DNA of 64,000 bases from the sequence record NC_019505.1; one strand, 5' to 3'. Made by a program: the position numbers and the translations under genes. Of this stretch, positions 17,967-25,245 are shown piece by piece; positions within the stretch are counted from its first letter, which is position 1, and each line of letters starts with the position of its first letter. The stretch comes from Escherichia phage wV7. Below the pieces are notes generated by a model. It made no database searches, was not told where the DNA came from, and saw only the letters and a program-made list of their open reading frames with translations.

Positions 17967-18563
17967 AACATTTACTTTAGACTGTTCTTCAAACGGTAAT
18001 TCATATCCACATATTACAATTTTGTGATCGATACCAAAATACACAGAAGCAATATGATTAATATTATTTTCAGTGAAATCTAAATCAACATCAATATCTT
18101 TTTGACTAACGCTCAAAGGATAATTAATACGAATAATTCGATTATCTTTAACAAAGATTCCACCGACATACTCTGTGTTGCGTTTAAAGTTTACACGTTT
18201 CCTAAATGAAAAATATTCAGGTTCTTTATGAGCCCGACTCATAGGACACAATGAGTAGCTAGAATAAGAGATGTCAAATCCTACACCTTCAATATGAGCC
18301 AACGTGTCATGATTAAACCAATTATAATCATATGCCAAATCCATTATATTGTAATATGTGAAAGGCACCGGATTAACATCATGTGTTGTACCTTTAAAAT
18401 CTGCCCAGGCAACGATTTCGTTATCTTTAACAATTACAAAAATTGTGCCAATAAGATATCCACGGTTATTTTCATCAGGCGTTATATTATAACATTGCGC
18501 ATCAGGAAATTTACCGTATTTAAACGGTGGATTTTTGTGCATATAATAAATCATATTATTCAC
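17922..18563 (-). CDS. hypothetical protein (61.x cluster)
   Basis: 213 aa; C-terminus SIDDQIFNAFMNKG. Confidence 0.5.
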   Translation of the reverse strand: MNNMIYYMHKNPPFKYGKFPDAQCYNITPDENNRGYLIGTIFVIVKDNEIVAWADFKGTTHDVNPVPFTYYNIMDLAYDYNWFNHDTLAHIEGVGFDISYSSYSLCPMSRAHKEPEYFSFRKRVNFKRNTEYVGGIFVKDNRIIRINYPLSVSQKDIDVDLDFTENNINHIASVYFGIDHKIVICGYELPFEEQSKVNVSIDDQIFNAFMNKG

Positions 18564-18849
18564 CTGTGATTTCGGTTACGATATTTTTGTTATTAAAGTT
18601 TTTATCGCAATACAGAACATAATTATACTGCATTACACCACCTGATTTAAGCTGTTTTTGTACTTCAACTTTCATATTGGGGCGATCACGCTCAACGATA
18701 TTCATAATATCCGCTTCAATTTGAGTTTCAACTTCAGTCTGATCTGCAGTCATAGACCATTCACACAAGTCTTTATCATATCCTGCCATAGCAGGCTGAG
18801 CAGCACAAGAAGCCAAAGTAAAAATTGTAGCAAAAATAAATTTTTTCAT
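18556..18849 (-). CDS. sp: Spackle-like periplasmic protein
   Basis: 97 aa with signal peptide; size and position between 61 and 41 as T4 sp. Confidence 0.65.
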   Translation of the reverse strand: MKKFIFATIFTLASCAAQPAMAGYDKDLCEWSMTADQTEVETQIEADIMNIVERDRPNMKVEVQKQLKSGGVMQYNYVLYCDKNFNNKNIVTEITGE

Positions 18850-18876
18850 GATAATCTCCTCAGTAGTTTATGTTTA

Positions 18877-18907
18877 TATAGTATCTCAATTTCCAACAAA
18901 AGTAAAC
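18877..18907 (-). promoter_or_regulatory. T4-type early promoter
   Basis: GTTTAC ... TACTAT upstream of sp. Confidence 0.55.
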
Positions 18908-18909
18908 AG

Positions 18910-19221
18910 CTATTTTAAAACTTCTGTGTAATCACATGTTACAAACTGTTTCTCTAGCTTAACGATCTTACGAAAATACCTTTTACACTGACGAATCTGC
19001 CTCTTCGTAGGACGTACAGCAAACTTAATAAATTCCACTCGACCAAATGGAGGACTTTCTTCTGCTGGAATATCTAACACCAATTCCCACGTATCCGCAA
19101 TAAGTGCTTTGAATTGAGTATTTTTCCTGACGTTATACGGAGTAGGTTTAAATAAAACAATATGCATATTATCCTCGGCAATCCACTTCGCACACTTTCT
19201 TGTCATCAATGAAAGCTTCAA
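18910..19221 (-). CDS. hypothetical protein
   Basis: 103-aa ORF downstream of dmd. Confidence 0.45.
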   Translation of the reverse strand: MKLSLMTRKCAKWIAEDNMHIVLFKPTPYNVRKNTQFKALIADTWELVLDIPAEESPPFGRVEFIKFAVRPTKRQIRQCKRYFRKIVKLEKQFVTCDYTEVLK

Positions 19222-19351
19222 CTAATGCTTTATTAACTTCAGCATATTGAGTAGTAGCCCATTGAACGTCATCTTTCATCATTGCGATTTCTTTAGTAAA
19301 CATGCTTTCATTCTTAAACCACCCCATAAAAACTACCTTTACCAATTCCAT
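19169..19351 (-). CDS. dmd: Dmd (discriminator of mRNA degradation)
   Basis: 60 aa MELVKVVFMGWFKNESMF..., near-identical to T4 Dmd as recalled; own early promoter. Confidence 0.7.
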   Translation of the reverse strand: MELVKVVFMGWFKNESMFTKEIAMMKDDVQWATTQYAEVNKALVEAFIDDKKVCEVDCRG

Positions 19352-19380
19352 AACAATCTCCTCATTTAACCAACAAGACT

Positions 19381-19410
19381 ACTATACCATAGTCTTGTCA
19401 GCTTGTAAAC
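19381..19410 (-). promoter_or_regulatory. T4-type early promoter
   Basis: GTTTAC ... TGGTATAGT upstream of dmd. Confidence 0.6.
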
Positions 19411-20837
19411 TAAAATTTTAATTCATTTGCCAAAGCATCTAACTGAGCTCGAGCTGATTCGTTTCTTTGATAGCGATTCTGTTCAGCCTGAATCTGTTGT
19501 GAACCTGCTACTTCACTCACTTCGGTTGGAGTAGAATCTTGTTCAATTTCTACCCATTTTTGATTTCCTTTTTGAACACCCATCAAAAACTTATTCCACT
19601 TATTCTTATCACCATATCGTGATTTGATTTGCTTAATGAGTTGTTGTTCAGCAGCTGCTAGCTCCTCGGTTTCAATGACCGCAAGCATAAAATCAGCTGT
19701 TGCTGGAAGACCAGCAGATTCTGCAATATCGCTCATGTTAACATCGGAAGAGTCCCAAGCTTGTTTACCGACCTGTGCTGCAGTCCAAAGAACAGTTTCG
19801 GTTTCAACAGCCAGAGCACGCAATTCCTCTGCAATAGCTTTAACAGTTGTGTAACTATTTTCTGAATAAACTCGGATGCGACAAGATTTACAAATACCCA
19901 GATAGTCGACAATAATGATTGTTGGAACAAAATTCTTTTTGAGCTTCAATTCATTCAAGAGAGACCTGAATGTATTAGCATCTGCTCCACCAGTAGGGTA
20001 CTGTTTAACGATTAAACGACCAAGAGTAGATTTCTCACGCCATTTTTCCATTTTTCCTTTATACTCAGCGTAAGAAATATGTCCATCATCAATATCGTCA
20101 AGAGAAACATCGAGCATGTTAGCATCAATACGTTTAGCGCAGACTTCTTCTGCCATTTCCATAGAGATATAAAGAACGTTATGACCAAGCTGCAAATAAT
20201 CTGCTGCTAATGAACAAAGTCCTAATGATTTACCAACGTTAACGCCAGCCATTAAAACGTTCAGTGTTCCTGTCTCAGCTCCGCCTTTAGTAATTTTGTT
20301 TAGAATTCTGAGTTTAAATGGAACTTTACGAGCTTTATTCATATAAGATAGCCAGCGTGCTTCGTAGTCATCCATCCAATCATGACCAACGTAGCTATCA
20401 AATGAAATTGATAATGCTTGACGCATGATGTCAGGAATAGCACCAACATCCGGCATTTTCTTATTTCGTTTTTCCGGAGGAAGCTCAGCATTAGTTTGAA
20501 TTTCGATTATTTTAGACGTAGCATTAAACATCGCCCTTTGCTGAACATATTTTTCTGTTTCTTTTACTAACCAGCTGTGGTCTTCCGGAGAATCAGCTAG
20601 TTTTGAAATAAGTGTTTTTACACCAGAATATTCTGTTTCAGTAAATGAACTATTTTCTAATGCAACATTTAACGCATTAATAGATGGAACGCTATGATAC
20701 TCGTTGACATGAGATTTAATTAATTTGAATGTATTTTTAGCTGGACCACTTTCAAAATATTCTGAATCCATATATGGCCAAACTTTTGAAAAATAAGCTT
20801 GATCAAATATGAGATGAGAAAGAATAATTTCTACCAC
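19410..20837 (-). CDS. 41: replicative DNA helicase gp41 (DnaB-like)
   Basis: 475 aa; Walker A GVNVGKS. Confidence 0.9.
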   Translation of the reverse strand: MVEIILSHLIFDQAYFSKVWPYMDSEYFESGPAKNTFKLIKSHVNEYHSVPSINALNVALENSSFTETEYSGVKTLISKLADSPEDHSWLVKETEKYVQQRAMFNATSKIIEIQTNAELPPEKRNKKMPDVGAIPDIMRQALSISFDSYVGHDWMDDYEARWLSYMNKARKVPFKLRILNKITKGGAETGTLNVLMAGVNVGKSLGLCSLAADYLQLGHNVLYISMEMAEEVCAKRIDANMLDVSLDDIDDGHISYAEYKGKMEKWREKSTLGRLIVKQYPTGGADANTFRSLLNELKLKKNFVPTIIIVDYLGICKSCRIRVYSENSYTTVKAIAEELRALAVETETVLWTAAQVGKQAWDSSDVNMSDIAESAGLPATADFMLAVIETEELAAAEQQLIKQIKSRYGDKNKWNKFLMGVQKGNQKWVEIEQDSTPTEVSEVAGSQQIQAEQNRYQRNESARAQLDALANELKF

Positions 20838-20846
20838 ACTTACTCC

Positions 20847-21209
20847 TTAAAAGAATTTAAACTTTTTCTTTGACCTTTTATTAAATGCATCTTGTAGTTG
20901 CATTGTAATACATTTTTCTACATGAGGAGCTAACTCAGCTTTTCTTTCTTGGTCAAGAACAGCAAAGTCCATTACGACTTTTCCATCAACCCAATCTAAT
21001 TTTGTCACATACACAATGTGTGTAGAACCATCTTCTAGTTTAATGACAATCTCCTGGATAACATTTTCCATGGCAGATTTAATTATCTTAAGAGATTCAT
21101 TAAAAAGACGTTCTTTTCTTTCTTCTTCCCCCTCCGAAGAGGGGGATTCATCGATAATTTCTAGATCTAAATCTAAATCATCTTTATTCATTAAATTCTT
21201 CCATATCAC
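20847..21209 (-). CDS. 40: gp40-like protein
   Basis: 120 aa between 41 and uvsX; assignment positional. Confidence 0.5.
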   Translation of the reverse strand: MIWKNLMNKDDLDLDLEIIDESPSSEGEEERKERLFNESLKIIKSAMENVIQEIVIKLEDGSTHIVYVTKLDWVDGKVVMDFAVLDQERKAELAPHVEKCITMQLQDAFNKRSKKKFKFF

Positions 21210-22365
21210 TTAACTGCTCGAGGTCAGTTTCTAAATCAGCAGCTGATTTACTTTTACTTTCTGGAGATTTAAATTTTTCAACCTTTGAGTTAATCAATTC
21301 ATCAACTTCAGCTTCAACAATTTCATTACTATCAATAGCACCTAACTGATAAGCACGCTTAATAGCATCTCGGAATGGTTGATGCTTAAATAAAGGACCC
21401 CAGAATGTGGTGCAGTTAGTATCTTTTGCACGCCAAGATTTTTCTTCGCGAATCATCTCACCGGTTTCTTCATCAAGAAATTCACGAGCATACCAACCAT
21501 TTTTAGGTTTTACCACGAATCCTAATTCTAGAGCCATATCTAACAATCCAGAATAAGGATCGATACCGCCGTCAAATTTAACATCAATAAAGAATTTACT
21601 TTTTTCTTTAACGGTACGAGATTTTTCTACATTTAGAACAAATTGATACCCTTGAAGATCAGAACCATCTTTAATCTGACGTTTACCGATAATGAATACG
21701 GTATCAGCCGAATACATTACGCCTGTACCACCTGTCATCACGGTTTTACTAAACATTTCAATTGTTTCAATTGTATGGTTAACCGCAACGCATGGAATAT
21801 TTTTAATGCTAAAGTAAGGAGTAACAATACGAAATAATGACTTCAGTGATTTAGCACGAGTCATATCTGCCACAGATTTTTCATTCAAGGCATCTTCCGT
21901 TTCTTTCTTAGAAGCCATATTACCGATTGAATCGATGAATACAATGACTTTTTCACCGCGCTCAATAGCTTCAAGCTGATTCACCATATCAATTTTCAGC
22001 TGTTCAACTGACTGAATCGGCGTATGAATTATTCGTTCCGGGTCAACTCCCATGGATCGCAAATAAGCTGGAGTAATACCAAATTCGCTATCATAGAATA
22101 GACAAACCGCGTCAGGATATTTGTTCAAATATGCCGCAACCATAGTCAAAGACATATTTGATTTAAAGTGTTTAGAAGGCCCTGCGAAAATAGTTAAACC
22201 AGACTGCATGCCGCCATCAATCGCACCAGAAATAGCAATATTAAGCATTGGAATTTTTGTACGAATTACATCCTTTTCATTAAAGAATTTAGATGTAGTC
22301 AGTTCAGCAGTCATTTTAGAAGTGGAAGCTTTAATCAAACGGGATTTTAAATCTGCAATAGACAT
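21184..22365 (-). CDS. uvsX: UvsX recombinase (RecA-like)
   Basis: 393 aa; strong similarity to T4 UvsX as recalled. Confidence 0.9.
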   Translation of the reverse strand: MSIADLKSRLIKASTSKMTAELTTSKFFNEKDVIRTKIPMLNIAISGAIDGGMQSGLTIFAGPSKHFKSNMSLTMVAAYLNKYPDAVCLFYDSEFGITPAYLRSMGVDPERIIHTPIQSVEQLKIDMVNQLEAIERGEKVIVFIDSIGNMASKKETEDALNEKSVADMTRAKSLKSLFRIVTPYFSIKNIPCVAVNHTIETIEMFSKTVMTGGTGVMYSADTVFIIGKRQIKDGSDLQGYQFVLNVEKSRTVKEKSKFFIDVKFDGGIDPYSGLLDMALELGFVVKPKNGWYAREFLDEETGEMIREEKSWRAKDTNCTTFWGPLFKHQPFRDAIKRAYQLGAIDSNEIVEAEVDELINSKVEKFKSPESKSKSAADLETDLEQLSDMEEFNE

Positions 22366-22442
22366 TCATTTTTTCCATAGGCATCATTATATTTTCCTCA
22401 CTGGTTAAAGATAGAGTAATTATAACACAATAAATTTAGGCA

Positions 22443-23291
22443 TTAATCAACTGCTATCGGATGAATAGCATTAAACTTATGAAATGCTTCTGATTTTTCT
22501 TTACGCGAAACGCACATGCGAAGAACCTTTAATGGCTCGTTTTCTTCACCCAACGATTTTCGTTTTTCAATATTAGAAGTTTTCCAACGAGCTTGCTCTG
22601 GAAACTCTCTATTGATTTGCTCAAGCGCTCTATTATGTTTAGAATTACTACGAATTGAACTGCACCCGCCAGGAGCTTGTGCTTTTCCAGATACAACCAG
22701 ATATTTGAACAAGGCCAAATGCGGATAACCTTGATTAATTAAATTGAGAAATGCATACATATCTTCGCACAAATCAATTTTTCCATACCCAATTTGTTCT
22801 GTCGTAAGTTTTCCGAGGTCATACCATGTATTCGTGAATCCATATGAATTTTCACGATAATTACCCCAAGATGAAGTAATTTTAAAAATAGGTAGACGAG
22901 CATGGCCATGATAATACCCGCAATCCATGGCATCTTCAACGTATTGAATCAATTCATAGAACTGTTCACGGGTTAATTGATTGACTTTATCTACACAACG
23001 ACGGTCATCTCTTTTTCGCATTGAACTCATACGAATAGTAGTATCATCGTCAATCATCCAGATTCGTTGACCTGCATACATATCAGTAATTGCTTTACGA
23101 GTACCGGCAATTCCATTTACGTCATCAGGAATAGTTATAATTTTAGCTCTAGACCCATAGGCATCATAATAAGCTTTTTCTTCATGTTCACGCACTACAA
23201 TATGGGGTTCATAATCAGTCGGAAACATATCAAGGGCAGAAACTGCCCCGACACGCTGATAACTTGGAATTACGAATTGAATCATTTCCAC
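22443..23291 (-). CDS. GT-A-fold glycosyltransferase (probable HMC-DNA glucosyltransferase)
   Basis: 282 aa; VIPSYQR N-terminal motif and IWMIDDD DXD motif; occupies the T4 beta-gt locus but is not T4 beta-gt. Confidence 0.55.
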   Translation of the reverse strand: MEMIQFVIPSYQRVGAVSALDMFPTDYEPHIVVREHEEKAYYDAYGSRAKIITIPDDVNGIAGTRKAITDMYAGQRIWMIDDDTTIRMSSMRKRDDRRCVDKVNQLTREQFYELIQYVEDAMDCGYYHGHARLPIFKITSSWGNYRENSYGFTNTWYDLGKLTTEQIGYGKIDLCEDMYAFLNLINQGYPHLALFKYLVVSGKAQAPGGCSSIRSNSKHNRALEQINREFPEQARWKTSNIEKRKSLGEENEPLKVLRMCVSRKEKSEAFHKFNAIHPIAVD

Positions 23292-24022
23292 TCACCTTTA
23301 TAGTCTTTTTTCACAATATGAGTTTCTCCAGTATTCCACCAATGATCAACCAAGTAAAAATGACGAGAATATACATGAAGACTTCCGACATTCCATATAA
23401 TAGAACCTGCTTTATACTGACGAGTTGAATCGCCTGCATTCAAATCAGATACTAATTTATCTAATACGTATTTTTGCCATGCATAATCATTACGGAATCC
23501 GAAGACCACGTCATTTGAGCGCATGCTTACTACTGCATTGACTTTCTTATCACGAATCAGGTACTGTACTGTATTAGTACACATGAAATCTGACATACCA
23601 TCTTTATTGTAATCAAATTGCATGGATGGACGAGTATAAATCATGATACCACGTCGAGAATCAGGATTTTGACCAAGTTCAGCTAAACACATATCATACT
23701 GGGCATAGTTATCTTCTGACCAAATAGCCCAACCATAATTCGAGTTAATTTCGCCTTTAGAAGATGCTACCTGCTGCCAAATCTTTGGTGTTTCACCTGG
23801 AATATCTTTAACAAACAAACTCTTAGATTTATACCATTCAAGTTCGCGCTGAATGTATTCATCATTAAGAGCGCCAAAAATAAACGGTTCATCTGCTACA
23901 AATGATGCGCCAATAATTTCAATAGTTTTAACACCGGTTTTATCAACTACGAAATCTTTTTCTTTTAATGCAAGCCCCAAATGAAGACGGATTTCTTCAA
24001 CTGTCATAGAGTCACTAATCAT
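23282..24022 (-). CDS. 42: dCMP hydroxymethylase gp42
   Basis: 246 aa; matches T4 gp42 length and sequence as recalled. Confidence 0.9.
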   Translation of the reverse strand: MISDSMTVEEIRLHLGLALKEKDFVVDKTGVKTIEIIGASFVADEPFIFGALNDEYIQRELEWYKSKSLFVKDIPGETPKIWQQVASSKGEINSNYGWAIWSEDNYAQYDMCLAELGQNPDSRRGIMIYTRPSMQFDYNKDGMSDFMCTNTVQYLIRDKKVNAVVSMRSNDVVFGFRNDYAWQKYVLDKLVSDLNAGDSTRQYKAGSIIWNVGSLHVYSRHFYLVDHWWNTGETHIVKKDYKGEWK

Positions 24023-24029
24023 TTAAACC

Positions 24030-24179
24030 TCAATTGATACATTCATATTTAACTTGTAACAGTAATAAGCTCCAACCTAAAATAATAGTTGGAATCATAA
24101 GAGGAACCGTTACACTATAGTATATACTTATTATAATCATCAAGATTAAAAGCAACACTGTTATAATTTTGCTTTTCAT
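24030..24179 (-). CDS. small hydrophobic peptide (49 aa)
   Basis: Manual call MKSKIITVLLLILMIIISIYY...; ATGA overlap with imm stop; ends 7 nt before gene 42; coordinates approximate. Confidence 0.4.
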   Translation of the reverse strand: MKSKIITVLLLILMIIISIYYSVTVPLMIPTIILGWSLLLLQVKYECIN

Positions 24180-24427
24180 TCCTTCTCTCTGATGATAATT
24201 ACCTGATTTGGCTGTGCAGACTTTTTAGTTTCACCCGCAATTGACCAAATAAATGTAATAAACCAACCAATAATTGACCAGTTAAACAGTAAAGACGTGA
24301 AAAAGATTCCTACTGTTGATTTTGACCCACGCATCAAGGCGATGAACCATGGAAGCATGTATATAATAATAGCCAACACACCTGAAACTAAAACCATAAA
24401 AATTGAACCTGCTACTAAAGTTTCCAT
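24176..24427 (-). CDS. imm: Imm superinfection immunity membrane protein
   Basis: 83 aa, two hydrophobic segments; length and position as T4 imm. Confidence 0.8.
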   Translation of the reverse strand: METLVAGSIFMVLVSGVLAIIIYMLPWFIALMRGSKSTVGIFFTSLLFNWSIIGWFITFIWSIAGETKKSAQPNQVIIIREKE

Positions 24428-24434
24428 GTTTTCC

Positions 24435-24815
24435 TCACTTAGTCAAATTTTTTACACATGAATTATAAGAATTCACTACATACTCCATCGGAGCATTTTT
24501 ACCAGTACGCCATTGGTAATTATTAGCCCAATTAGCCCAAATTTCGGCGCAGTAGTTTTCAATTTTTTCTTCGCGTGTAATTACATCAGAATTACGATAT
24601 GCTTGAGCAGATTCATCTGGACGAATAGCTTCGTCAAAATTTGCCTGCATTTGTTCTACTGTTTGCTTTGGAGCTTCTTTATAACACTTGACATTAGGAT
24701 TATAAAACTTGCTTGAACAGTTTACAATTTTTCCTACATCAGACTGATTTACTACCGGTCCTTGAGCTACACAACCAGTAAGACCTAATGCAATAACCAA
24801 AATAGCGATTTTCAT
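24435..24815 (-). CDS. putative lipoprotein
   Basis: 126 aa; signal peptide with lipobox LTGC. Confidence 0.5.
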   Translation of the reverse strand: MKIAILVIALGLTGCVAQGPVVNQSDVGKIVNCSSKFYNPNVKCYKEAPKQTVEQMQANFDEAIRPDESAQAYRNSDVITREEKIENYCAEIWANWANNYQWRTGKNAPMEYVVNSYNSCVKNLTK

Positions 24816-24825
24816 AATAATTTCC

Positions 24826-25062
24826 TCAAATGCAAGTAGTAATTACTCCAGTAGTGCTTATGCAGGTATTACCCATTTGCACACCTAAAGATCCATTTGT
24901 ATTCACATGAAGATTATCGTCAATTTTAACTGATATTTTACCATTAGTGTGAATAACGGTGCTAGATTTAATCACAGGTTGAGTATCATTTTCAACACTA
25001 ACAAATGGAACTGCTACTAATGCAACTAAACAAACTGCTAAGCATCCCATAACAATTTTCAT
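24826..25062 (-). CDS. small secreted protein
   Basis: Start at M5 after GGAGAATAAA RBS; N-terminal signal peptide. Confidence 0.45.
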   Translation of the reverse strand: MKIVMGCLAVCLVALVAVPFVSVENDTQPVIKSSTVIHTNGKISVKIDDNLHVNTNGSLGVQMGNTCISTTGVITTCI

Positions 25063-25098
25063 TTTATTCTCCAAATCTGTATCAGTAGTTGATAGTTG

Positions 25099-25129
25099 TA
25101 TAGTACCATAGAAGAACAGGGATGTAAAC
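25099..25129 (-). promoter_or_regulatory. T4-type early promoter with conserved leader
   Basis: GTTTAC ... TGGTACTATACAACTATC module. Confidence 0.55.
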
Positions 25130-25209
25130 AGTTTTGTGAAAATTTTTTAGGGAATTCTAAAGGTCCAGAATCATCTGTTTTTCATAAGTATAGATTTATA
25201 TTACTTGTA

Positions 25210-25233
25210 TGAAAAAGGGACCCGGAGGTCCCT
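25210..25233 (-). terminator. intrinsic terminator downstream of gene 43
   Basis: GGGACC-UCCG-GGUCCC then UUUUUCA. Confidence 0.65.
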
Positions 25234-25245
25234 AGATTTATTCTA

